Shown piece by piece: positions 47,345 to 59,006 of a stretch of 64,000 bases of DNA. The notes below the pieces were generated by a model. It saw only the letters and a list, made by a program, of their open reading frames with translations, made no database searches and was not told the DNA's origin. Each line of letters opens with the position of its first letter. Position 1 is the first letter of the stretch. The position numbers and the translations under genes are program-made. Origin of the DNA: Entomortierella parvispora E1425 (lineage: Eukaryota > Fungi > Mortierellomycota); contig BQFW01000007.1 in assembly GCA_020891255.1 (NCBI GenBank), forward strand, positions 1,116,001 through 1,180,000, read 5' to 3'.

Positions 47345-48742
47345 ATGGCCCCCACCAACATTGCAAACCTCGTGGTCGTCGTCACCGGCTGCGATACCGG
47401 TTTTGGGTCAGAGATCGTTGAGGATCTCTACCAGCGCGGCGGCTATACCGTCTACGCCACCTGCTTGACTGAACAGGCCGTTACCAACTACAATGCCAAG
47501 CAGTCCTCTCGCCTTCGTGCTCTTCAGGTCGATGTCACCAAACAGGACGATGTGAACCGACTTCGGGCTCAGGTCGAGGAGGAATGTCCTCAGGGCGTGT
47601 ACTGTGTCTTGAACAACGCCGGTAGGAACGACAGTCTAGACAATGGCCATTTTTTATAGAGTCCGTTTTCATTAACATGCAAGGGATATATGTGGTTTAG
47701 GTATCTTTGGCGGTGGATTCTTTGACTTTGCTTCCGAGGACAGCTTTCAGGTAAAGATGCTTGCAACGGAAAACCAGTTTTTGCTTTAGCGCGTATATTA
47801 CTGTTTTTCATGAGCACGAAGTGCAAAGGCTTCAAAAAAACGAAAATTGGTGGCGTGCGTTGACTTCTGTCACTTTTTACTTTGACGAGATTCTGGCATC
47901 GAGAGATCCAGGATACAGCACTGCATCCAAAAGATACCCGGATCATGTCTACAATCCTTGACATGTCCCACACCTCCAACAGCAAACACATACACTCCTT
48001 GACTACTTTTTTTTTGTTGGGGTTTGGAACATTGAACACTCCGACCACAGGGTTACGAAGATCTAGACTGGCATCGACTAACCGTGTTCGTTGGGTTTTT
48101 TTTTCTTGTTCATAGAAAATGATGGATGTCAACTACATGGGTATCATTCGCATCACCAAGGCTTTGCTCCCAAGCTTGCGTATTTTTGCAAAGTCTCGCC
48201 ATTCCGCTCAGGGAAAGCACTTGCCTCGCGCTCGTCTTCTCAGCATCACCTCAATTGCCGGTCGTGCCAACCCTCCCGGCCACGGAGGTTACAACGCTTC
48301 CAAGCACGCGGCCGAGTCTATTCTGGACACTATTCGTGTGGAGTTGGCGCCCTGGGAGATTGATGTGTGCATGCTGGAGCCTTTCTACGCCAAGACCCCC
48401 CTTGTGGCGGCTGCCCATTCCGTTTTGGAACGTGTCTGGAAGGAATCTGATTTGCCCACCCAAAAGATGTATGGACCCAAGTTCATCCAGGGTGTCAAGG
48501 CTCACTCTGAGGACCTCTACAAGCGCTCGATGCCCTCCAAGTGGGTTGTGGATGCTGCCGTGAATGCGATCAGAAAACAGGCTGGTGCCCAGAAGGCCAG
48601 AATCTTGATTGGATTCTGGTGGGTGGGCATCTTGATCCGCATCCAAGAGTCATCACCTTCTTGGCTGGTGGATTTCTTCACAAAGAGAATTATGAAGAGA
48701 ACTGGAGCCTGGCCTAACGATCCTTTCATGCTCAAGAACTAA
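47345..48742 (+). CDS. Short-chain dehydrogenase/reductase, SDR9C-like (RDH/17beta-HSD6/BDH1-like)
   Basis: Exons 47345-47621, 47701-47750, 48116-48742. VVVTGCDTGFG (TGxxxGxG), LQVDVT, LNNAG, MDVNYMG, ITSIAGR and YNASK (YxxxK). Confidence 0.9.
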
Positions 48743-48834
48743 TAGCTTTACTATCGCTCGTCCCCATTTGATTACAAAAATATACCTCCACCTCCATTGA
48801 AAATGCTAGTAAATTCCTTCATTTTATTTTTATT

Positions 48835-49378
48835 TTACTCGATCTTGGCCAAGATCTCAGAGTCACGGAAAAGAATGAACTCCTCGTTATCGACCTTGAC
48901 GGCGGATCCACCATAGGCGGGCAAGAGAACCTTGTCACCCTGCTTCAACTCGGAGGGGATGACCTTGCCCTCGGAGGTGACCAAGCCCTTTCCGACGGCG
49001 ATCACAAAGCCCTCGTTCAAGGACTCCTGGGCCTTCTCGGGAATATAGAGACCAGAGGCGGTCTTTTGCATGGGCTTGATACGCTGAACGAGGACGCGAT
49101 CCATCATGGGGATGACGGACTTTGAGAGCTGGGGCATGCGGAAAGCCTAGAAGGAAAAATGTGAACATGTTAGTCATATGGAGGAGCCGAGTTGGTGGGG
49201 GAATTGTTTGGCGAGCTGTTTGGAAAGGGGCGGTTCTTCACCGCGAAAGTGCAGAAAGGAGAATCAGGTGAGAGTGGTGCACAATGCAAGTGGCGTTTCC
49301 ATTGTGAAATGAGAGCGAAGAAGAGCAGAGAAAGAAGACGAGAAGAGGTAAGGGGGGAGGAGGGGATTGCTTTACCAT
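48835..49378 (-). CDS. HSP10: Mitochondrial co-chaperonin Hsp10 (Cpn10/GroES)
   Basis: PMMDRVLVQR, TASGLYIPEKA, VIAVGKG, GDKVLLPAYGG and LFRDSEILAKI. The first coding exon is only ATG (49378-49376), with intron 49375-49147. Confidence 0.96.
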
Positions 49379-49622
49379 TGTGAAAGTGATGTGGGAAGGA
49401 GTGAAGAGTGAGTGGTGAAGAGAGGATGGAGAAACAACGAGAGAAAGAGAAGGTGCGAGACTCTTTCCCTCTGTGTGTGTGTGTGTGCCTGGATCGGATG
49501 CTTGTGAAAAGAAGCAGTCACGCTCCCCCGGCGGGTGGACAAACAATCAATGCACAGTACATGTGCCGCCTCGTCTCTCATTCTCTCATCCATCCCCTCT
49601 TCACATCACTTATTCATCCATA
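49379..49622. promoter_or_regulatory. Compact bidirectional promoter of HSP10/MRP17
   Basis: Divergent start codons only 244 bp apart. Purine-rich and pyrimidine-rich halves, with a (TG)n tract near 49471-49487. Confidence 0.65.
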
Positions 49623-50565
49623 ATGGTCTTTTACGAGCTCTTTTGCATCTCCAGAACTCGTCTGGTTGAGGTACATTTATCAGTCCCGACCTGCATCCAC
49701 CCTTAATGACAATCAGGAAGACAGTCAATGTCGTCACAGTTGGAAACCCGATCTATTTCGCAAATCAGCAACAATGCCCTGCACTGGACATGATCCGGAT
49801 GTCATACTCCCAGAGCAAAGGAGCAAGGTCCAAGCTGATGAGTGATAGCTTTGCATTCACCGTTTGTAATGGTCCGAAACTGATCAGAGTACTCCCGACA
49901 GCCTCGATCTCTACGTCAATCCATCTTGACTGTACAACCAGTGACAGGTTGTCAGCACCTTGGGATAGACTTGCGACCCATTTGGAATCACCACAGGAAG
50001 ACTAGAGCGACCTTCTCTCTAATGCACCCCATGATATCACTCGTACCATTACAACAAGGGCGATCCGACACTACCAACGCCCCTCCTCCTACAATCGTTT
50101 GGAGCAGAGATCACTAACGCCCATAATACCTTCTCTTCCTAGGCCAACATTAAGGACTTGGTCAAGCAGACCTCGCTTATTGTCATGAACAAGGGAGGCG
50201 TTGTCAGGAATTTGAAGCCTTTTGGAGAGAAGCAATTGCCTTACCGCATCAGGAAACATCAAGAATATCATGTCCAAGGATAGTATGTTTTATTTTTGTT
50301 CTTGACCCTTCTCTCTGAATCGCCCATCGTTTTCTCTTTGCGGGACCTATAGGACCTTGTACCCGTACAATTTACTTATATTTTTTTCTCTACCATCTTC
50401 CCTAGTCAATGGCTGATGCAATTTGACGCTAACCCTACAGTGGTGAATGAGCTCAACAAGAGGCTCAAGGTCGATCCTCGTGTGCTCCGTCATGCCGTTA
50501 TTCGTCTTGGCTCTAAGCTTGAGGATGTCGTGGCCTCGGCCGAAAAGACCGGATCCAGGGTTTAA
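49623..50565 (+). CDS. MRP17: Mitochondrial ribosomal protein bS6m
   Basis: Exons 49623-49670, 50143-50282, 50406-50565 give 115 aa: MVFYELFCISR..., GGVVRNL, KQLPYRIRKHQEYH, WLMQFDANP and LKVDPRVLRH. Confidence 0.9.
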
Positions 50566-50761
50566 TTGTCCTTCAACACATCAGTCTCTCTCATTCGCAC
50601 ACATACTCTGTCAATTGTACAAAATAAATGAATCAACTTATCTAGAATCAAGAAGACGGGATGTACAAGGTCATCGATTTAATGTTCCAGGTTTTAGTTG
50701 GTTTGGTCCCACGTCTTTTTTGTTTTTTGTTTCTTTTCATATTTTTTTTGAATAAGAGACT

Positions 50762-52654
50762 CTACGTCAACTTGGAGGCCTTCTCATACAAAGACTCAAC
50801 TACGTTGGCCATGTTCTTCATCGTATCCAAAGCGCTCTCGTACGTCTTGTCAATAGGAGTTTCCTCAAACACAACCAAGCATCCTGCACCCTGGTCCAAC
50901 ACACCGTGGAATGTCTTGTCCAAGATCATTTGCGACAACTTGACTTCGACCTGCTGTGCTGGAAGCTTAATAATCTCGGCAATATGGGAAATCTCTACAC
51001 GCGAGAATGGTTCAATCACACGGACCAAGTTCTGCTCCAACAACTTATCATACAGCGAGGCGAGATGATTCCTGATAATGGGATCATTGCCCAGCTCTAA
51101 ATTGAAAAGTTGAAAACATGTCAGTCCAAGTTGCTTCGACAAAGAATGAGACCCAGTCAGCTGAACGTCTCAGGTATGAGCAATGGTTTACCTTCACGGT
51201 AAGTAGCAAGCGCCTGCTCAAACTCCTGCAATGAACGGTTCTGGTGAGCCACCGCAATAGCCTTCATAGCCTCAACCTCTACACCACGGTACTTGAGTGC
51301 AACCTTGCTGTTCAAGATTGCCTGAATATCATCCGACTATATTGACCAGATAGGAAGATAGGAAGACAGGAGATTAGTTTCACTTGGTCCCATTATCCAC
51401 GATAGCTCTGCTGCTACTTGAACCCAGACTTCAAATCAAAAGGAAACGACACTTACCAAGTTCAACATGACTTTGCAAAGCAACATGTATTTCAAGGCCA
51501 AAATAGCCCTGGGGTCATCCAATGACGAGTATCCCTCCAACGTTTCATAAAAGTACGAGAATCCAGTCTTGTAGTCCTTCTCCTCTGCGTGCAAGATTCC
51601 AGACTGCATGTCCAAAGCTGCCTGAAGCAAGGGGGGGCAGTAGATCGCGTTGGCTGAAGTACGCGCAGATGTGAGAGCAGCCTATGTTTTCAGTCCAATA
51701 GTTGCCATCAGTACTAATCCGTCAAAACATCTTGCATATCCAAGCGTCTTTGAAACAGAAACAAAGGTGTAAATCACCCCAACATCCAGGGAAAGTTGGT
51801 GCCATACCTTTGACTTTGGCAGATTGCGCAATGCGTGGCAGACACGACTCTCCAACAACTGAACCTCGACCAACACCATCTTGTCGTCCAACTTCTTCAG
51901 CTCCTTGAGCAGAGTCGCCACCAATGCCAACGAATCACTGTACATTTTGTTGTCGAGGTACAAAGCAATCAAGCGGGTCTCCAGTGCCTGCTTCAAAAAG
52001 ATGCGCTTTTCCTGAATTGTCCATTGGATCGTCTGCTTGCACACATCAATTTGGAGTGGAAGCGTGTTGGGGATTTCTGAGAAGTAGTCGATCAATGTAC
52101 GGACTAGAAAGAAGAAGAAAATCTCCTGCGTTAGACATCCTCGTGTGTTCTCGATGTGCGACTTGTTGGATACGCAGTAGAGCAGCACATACTAATCTTT
52201 GCCGTCTTGGCTTTAGGGATAGATGTGATCAAGGTGCGAGAGTCGTGGATCAAAGCTGCAAGCTCGTTGGGCCGGCTACAAGAATTTGAAGGTTATCTCA
52301 TTAGGAAACTGAGTCTGCTAGCAACAAAAGGCAATTTTTTCAACACGCAGGTATGGTCACTCACTGGAGATCGCGGTAACATTGAGCGAGCTTCAAGAGA
52401 GCAACTTCCTGATCGCCTCTTGCAGTAGCATCTATTATTTTTTTGGAATGAATTCATGTTAGTCTCCTGCCTTTGTGTTCTACTTCCATGACGAAACGCG
52501 TGTCCTTTCATGTTGTTTGGGCATGGAAGGATTGGAGAACGAAGAACATGCCTGTGCCTGCAGCAGCGAGGATGCTCTGGTAGAGGGGAATGGCCTGTTC
52601 AGGCGAAGTCTTTTGAACCTCCTCGGCCTGGGTGATGGAAGCGACGGAGGGCAT
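50762..52654 (-). CDS. RPN6: 26S proteasome lid subunit Rpn6 (PSMD11)
   Basis: [70 protein letters not shown] and PCI-domain [17 protein letters not shown]. The first intron is GC-AG. Confidence 0.96.
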
Positions 52655-53049
52655 AGTCTTGGCTAAGTTGGTTGCGAGAGGTAGTTGACGAGTCGAGCAA
52701 GGAAAAGAAGAACAATGAAAAGAATAAAGAGACGCGCAATGAATGCGAATGAATGAACAGGGACGGGCAAAAGATGTGCTTCCAGCGCCTGCAAGACGGA
52801 CGCGCTCTTGGGACGTAAGCCCGCCGCGGGCCCGCTGGGTGACGTCACCTTTTTTTCTCCAAGGGGAGGAACCACGCATGCACTTCTTTTCTAACCCTCA
52901 CTTTTCCTTGCTATTCAACTCTTTGACCATCCCTGCAGGAAACACCACCATCACCTCACCCTCAAGCAACTCCAGGAACAACTGCATCCAACCTGAAACA
53001 AGAAGCACCTCCACCCAGACTTTCCATTTGAAAAATACAGGCATCCACC
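52655..53049. promoter_or_regulatory. Bidirectional promoter of RPN6/RPN7 with central palindromes
   Basis: Divergent ATGs at 52654 and 53050. GGTGACGTCACC (CRE core TGACGTCA) lies at 52838-52849, next to the GC palindrome GCGGGCCCGC at 52826-52835. Confidence 0.7.
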
Positions 53050-54551
53050 ATGGCTGAAGAGGTTCCCAAGATTCCCAGCATTGAGCTGTCACAGAACCGC
53101 TTTCTGCTGACCAGCGGTCCCAAGGAGACCCACGCTCAAGCAAAGGAGGCCATTTTGCAAAAGATCAAGGAAGATAGTACGTAGGATAAGGCGCATCTGG
53201 GGGCCCTGGTGCTCCATCACGCTCGATCTGTCACAAGATCCTGGGATGTATATCACAAATGAGACGCGTCCCTGATTTTTTTTTTCCTTTTTTTTCGCGA
53301 CTTTTCCTCTGTTTCTCCAATAGACATGGCTCCATTCTATGAGCTCATTTGCGAGGAACAAGGATGGACTGTTGATACGGAATTGTTGAACAAGATGAAG
53401 GCTGAGAACGAGGAAGTTCTCAAGAAGTTGGACGAAAAGCTCAAGGATGCAGAGGAGAACTTGGGCGAGACAGAAATCTCGGACACACTCCTTGCTAGGG
53501 CCGAGCACTTTGCAAAGATTGGCGACAAGGTATGTTGGCAGAGACCTCTGATGTCTATAATCCTGAGAGAGTCACGGCCTGCGGTATACAGCAGTGTACT
53601 CGTCGTCTGACTTTGCATCCTTCCTTTTCACATATAGGAGAAGAGCTTGACAGCATACAGAGTCGCCTTTGAAAAGACGGTCGCCTTGGGAACTCGTCTG
53701 GATATCTTGTTTGCCAACATTCGTACAGGATTCTTTTACCGTGATAACGACTGTGTGAGCCGAAACATTGAGAAGGCTCGCGCCATGATTGAGGAAGGAG
53801 GCGACTGGGACCGCAGGAATCGTCTCAAGGTCTATGAGGGCGCCTACTTGATGACGATCAGAGATTTCAAGGGCGCCGCAGATCTGTTCATTGCCACGTT
53901 GTCAACATTTACGTCAGTCGAGATTATGGAATACAAGGACTTTGTCACATATGCTGTCTTGTCCAGTGTATTGGCATTGAAGCGCGTGGATATTAAGAAC
54001 AAGGTACAGTATTACCTTGGAAACGTTTTACTGCCAAGAAAAGCTGGGATATCATGAACAATATGACTGATAGAACCTTCGTTTTTCTTTCATAGGTTAT
54101 TGACTCTCCAGAAGTTTTGGAGGTGTTGCACGAGATCCCCCATTTGGAGGATTACCTCCGGTCGCTCTATGCTGGAGATTACGCCAAATTCTTTGTATCG
54201 TTGGCTGCTCTCGAGACCTCGGCGATGAAGCGCTCTTGGGTCTTGTTCCCCCACTACCGTTACTATGTCCGTGAGATGCGTATTCGTGCGTATGCCCAGC
54301 TGCTAGAGTCATACCGCTCATTGACGATGCAGAGCATGGCCCACTCATTTGGCGTGAGTGAACAGTTTATTGACAAGGATCTGTCCAAGTTCATCTCTGC
54401 TGGCCGTCTCAACTGCGTCATTGACAAGGTCAACGGTATCGTCGAGACCAACCGCCCAGACGCAAAGAACGCCCAATACCAACAGGCCATCAAGCAGGGC
54501 GATATTCTACTGAACCGCGTCCAGAAGCTCAGCCGTGTCATCAACGTTTAG
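53050..54551 (+). CDS. RPN7: 26S proteasome lid subunit Rpn7 (PSMD6)
   Basis: [59 protein letters not shown] and [17 protein letters not shown]. Three GT-AG introns. Confidence 0.96.
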
Positions 54552-54759
54552 ACAGAAAAAAAGGGGGTTGGTTTTCGCCAACCAAGAAACTATTAAAGAC
54601 AAAAAGACACCATGTAACTAATTTTTGAAGGTATTGAAAAAAAAACTGTATTTCATGCCAAACGATGACAGTGATTTGGGAGGGATTTCTACATGAATGA
54701 GGCAGAGAAGTAAACATAATATTGCTTTGTTTGGTATTGCAACAGTTTTTTTTTTTTTT

Positions 54760-56214
54760 TTACTGCTGTGCGCACTGCACTCCTGGGCCATGTCCTCCAT
54801 TTTCATCGTCATCATCGTCACCAAAGTGCCCTTGTTCAGCTCTTGCTCTCTGGCGGGGATCCATCTCTGTCAGGTTGACCTCTTCAACCACAGCTGTCTT
54901 GGGAGGCTCAGGCAGAGCAGCCGCTGGAGGCAAGATGGAGCGCAGCAACTCAATCTGCGTGGGATCCGTCCAGTTGGCGTTGGGGAAATCAATCTCGAAC
55001 TGGACATAGAGGTTTCCGAAATCGTGGTGCCTCTCCGTAGGCATACCTTGGCCCATCACAGCCTTCAACTCACCAGGTTTGATAACCTCGCCAGGGAGGA
55101 TATCGACCACCAAGACACGATCGTCCAAATGAGGAATCAGGATCTTGCCTCCTGCCAACGCCGTTACCAAGTCGATCTTTGCATTGAAGAACAGGTCGTC
55201 TCCGCTGCGCCTGAATCGCTCGTGTTCCTTTTGTTCCAGAATGATGATAACGTCTCCGGGGACCGTTCCGGGCGCTTGATCTCCCTCGCCGCTAAAGACA
55301 ATCTTGCGGCCATCCTTCATACCACGATCGATATGGACCTCGAGCACCTTGCGAACCGAAGTCACCTTCTTGCCGTTGCAGTGTTTGCACTTGTCTTTTT
55401 GATTGATAATCTCGCCCTCGCCCCGACAGTCAGCACAGGGCTGTTGGATCTGTTGCATCATCGGTCCCATCTGTCTCAACATGACTCTATAGCCCTGACC
55501 GTTACAGGTTGTGCAAGTCTTGACCGCTCCTTCTTTACCACCACGACCCTCACACTTGTCGCAGATCTCGTTCTTTTGAAGTGCCAGCTTGGAAGTCTTG
55601 CCCTTGTAAAGATCCTCCAAGGAAACCTTCAATCCGTGGGCGACATCCTTTCCACGACGAGGACCTGAGGATCGACCGCCACGACCGCTACCACCCATGC
55701 CTCCACCAAAGAAATGCGAGAACAAATCCTCGGGTGAAAGACCGCCCATGCCTCCAGGGCCGCCTTCTCCAGAGAGTCCAGCCTCTCCATATTGATCATA
55801 GACGTGGCGCTTCTGGGAATCCGAGAGAACGTCGTAGGCATGACTGATCTCTTGGAACTTTTCGGATGTTTGACCTCCGGTCTATTACAAAGCAATGGAA
55901 GCAAGTTTGGGTGAGAAAGATAAACGATGGTCACACTTTTTTAGGAACTGCGGTGAAGGAAAAGTGAGTTTGGGCAAAGTCTCCCTGAGACCGGAGTTGC
56001 TCTCAGAAGAGAGCTGGTCTGTGGTGAATTAGATACTACCACAGGAAGTTGGCCAGGAGAAGGAAAGGACAGGAGGCACTTGGCGATGAAAAGAATGGCC
56101 TACCTTGTCTGGGTGGTACTTCAGGGCCAACTTTCGATAGGCCTTCTTGAGGTCGTTATCGGAGCAGGCGGGGTCAACGCCAAGGGCTTCGTAGAGCTTT
56201 GTTTCTTTGACCAT
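54760..56214 (-). CDS. YDJ1: Type I DnaJ/Hsp40 co-chaperone (Ydj1/Mas5)
   Basis: [17 protein letters not shown], a G/F-rich region, four CxxCxGxG-type zinc repeats and C-terminal CaaX motif CAQQ. One intron. Confidence 0.96.
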
Positions 56215-56426
56215 GGTATGATTGTTATAAGGAGGAGGTGGAGAGGGGATGAAACTAGGGAGGATGTGATAAGGGAGAAGGGAGAAGGGAGAAAGGACAA
56301 GGGGAGAGGTAGTTGAGCGAAGAGAGAAAGGAAATGGAAATGAAAGAGAAGAAAAACAGAAAAAGCGAATGGCAAAGGGGGACATGGGCAGCCCCTCGCT
56401 GCCTTTTTGAGTGCACACAAGCATTA

Positions 56427-56498
56427 CACGTGACCTTCTAGATGATTCGTGGGCAGTCACCGCTTTCCGCTGATTGGCTGAAGTAGTTTTGCCACCAA
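56427..56498 (-). promoter_or_regulatory. Candidate stress-response element cluster upstream of YDJ1
   Basis: CACGTG at 56427-56432. HSE-like TTCtaGATgaTTC at 56436-56448 (1 mismatch). CCAAT on the minus strand at 56473-56477. PACE-identical GGTGGCAAA on the minus strand at 56488-56496. Confidence 0.5.
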
Positions 56499-57021
56499 CT
56501 CCATCCCAGGTCCAGGGCGAAGCGATCCTCAGGTCCGCAGCGGGGTTGGTCCCACCCAGCCAAGCGGCCAGTTGTGTACGCACGCTTCTCACACGCGTCC
56601 AATTGCGCACATGGTCTAGATCCCTCTATTGTCTCTGTCAGCAACGAGGCGGACTTGGTAAGCGAGGCAAGCTCTTTGTCCTATCGGTTTCTTGGTTGTG
56701 GCTCGATGCCTCCCTCTGCAGAGGATCCCTTCATTCTCAGTGCACCTCTAACAACCACAACCCTGGATGGAAGCCTTTGCTCCGCAAAGTTGAATTTGTT
56801 TGTTCTCCGAGGCAAGCGGTATGTGGGCTGTGGGGAGCATACTATGTATGCCATTCCGAGCAGATGCGTTGCCTTTTGAGCTTAGAAGAGATGTGGATCC
56901 GTCCTGCGGAGTAGTATCATGTAGATCAACTCTTTAAACGAGGAATGAAGAACTGGAAACCCTGGATTTGACATTGCTTGTGATTATTTATATTATTTAC
57001 AAAATAAAGGCATGAAAGAAA

Positions 57022-59006
57022 CTAGTTGCCTTGACCTGCAAAATGGTAGTAAAGGGGAACGCACACACAGACGTTGAGCACTCCAACGACCGCAATTATG
57101 ACAAAGGTCCATTTTTCTCCTTTCGTGAATCCAGTCGACGCCGCAGCGGTGGATCCATGGCCACGTGGCTTCCGGCCAGGATGATGAATCCCCTGGTGAG
57201 TACCTTCAAGTCCAGCGATAGTAGACGACGACGACCCACCTTCCTCGCCCTGTGTTTCCTCTGGCAAAAGTCTCTGCTGAGCGGATTCGATATCCCCTCT
57301 GTAATAAAAATCCTGGTCCGTCTCCTCCTCCTCAGCCAATTGCTCGATCATGGTACTCCGAAAGGAGGGCGGGATGCTGACCCTGTCCTCGATCTCTCGA
57401 ACCACTGTCGCCACGCCTTCGATCACCACTTCAACCTCATGCATGCTGGTCAGAGCTTGATGTTGATCCAATCGCTTCATGGCCTTGCGTAGCGATCGCT
57501 TGCCAAAGAGCGATAAAGTCAAGATGCAACAAACAATAAAGATTCCATTCATGACCAAAATCACAACGTTTTTGGTCTCCAGCTCTGGGTTGTCGATTCC
57601 TGAAAGACCCTTGAGCAACGATCCAATCCAGATGCCGATACAGGAGCCAGGCAGAACACCCACGCAGGTCGCCCACACTACCGTCCACAATCGAATAGAG
57701 GTGATTGAGAAGAAGTATGTGATCAGATTGAACGGAATAGGTGTCAATCGCAGCATGACAACAATCTTCCATCCTATAATAACAAAACACGCGAGCAAAA
57801 AAAAAAGAGAAACACACGAGTCAGCAAAATTAACAAATATCTCAATTTGTATACTGAAAACCCAGGAACTACTGCCATTACCATCGTCCTTGATGACTTG
57901 GTCCAATGCGCCAAACTTTGGATGCTTCGACATCATACCCTTCACCCAGTCATAAAACACATAGCGGCCGAAAATAAAGGACCCCACTGCTGCAAAGACA
58001 TCGCCAAGCAGGACAATCAGCAGGGCCAAAGGGAACGGTTTGAATAAGAATCCAGCGCCAATGGTGAAGAGTGATCCAGGCAGGAATAGTGTACACGCGA
58101 CAGTGTAAGATACAACAAAGAGGACAGCTCCAATCCTCTTGTGCTGGTCAATGTACCTACATAAAGTCGTTTTCGGTTAATTATACTGCCCTAACTTTGG
58201 AACGCCACCAATATGAAACCTGAGAAACCAACGGCAGTTTGAAGGGAAAATCTGCTTTACCGAAGGATATCCTTGATGTGATCCTGGACACGGAACACCG
58301 TGAAGGACAGAATGATCAAGGTCAAGAGAGTTGCCAAGAGTCCTGCCTTGATGTAGGTTTGCCGGGTCCATGTCCTTGGGTGAAGTCCGTTTTTGTGCGT
58401 CCATTCGATCCAGGTCAAAGGTGGTTCTCCTCCCAGTCGTCTTGATGTGCTATGAGACGAAGGAGGGACTGGTCTATTGTCGTTATAATGGCCGTCATTG
58501 GATCCTGTCCGGATCAAGGGTGCCTGCTCGTTATGGTAGTGCTCGTAGTCGTCGTCATCGTCCTCATATCTCCTGGGAGGTGCCCGTTCAGAAAAGGGGC
58601 GAAACTCTTCCAGGGAAGCCCTTGATCCACTCTCTTGAGGTGCATTCCTGGTTTCGACGAGGAATTCATCCCCGTGCTTTGGTGCGTCGTCAGCTTTGCC
58701 ATTTTGACCCACCCCAAGTTCTGTATCGATTAGTGCCCAAGGACTTTGCGAGTCGTCTATCCGCAAATCATCCTGCAGAGCTGAATTGACACGGCTTTGC
58801 TGATTGACCTCAAAATCAGGCTCAGTTTGTCCAGGGGAGCTTTGGACAGGTGCCGACTCCATGGCCTTGGCATTGTTGTCAGCCGGCTGTGCAGCAGGAG
58901 TCTCTTCGACTTTTGGGTCAGGCTTGGGCTGCACTGCGGAGGCGGCGGTTTGTCCACTAGCCCTGGACTTCGAACTATTGTTGCTTTTTGACTTCTTCTT
59001 GGCCAT
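57022..59006 (-). CDS. TVP38: Tvp38/TMEM64-like DedA (VTT/SNARE-associated) membrane protein with long disordered N-terminus
   Basis: Exon 1 ends 58261 and exon 2 starts 58156. LFLPGSLFTIGAGFLF, GSFIFGRY, GWKIVVMLRLTPIPFNLITY and GVLPG are DedA-family motifs. Confidence 0.8.

Noticed and set aside
54697-55668. 323-aa plus-strand ORF
   Set aside because: Antisense shadow of the YDJ1 coding exon.
4385-56600. Scattered ACGCGT (MCB-like) hexamers
   Set aside because: They occur in introns, 3' regions and promoters without positional pattern, consistent with chance.
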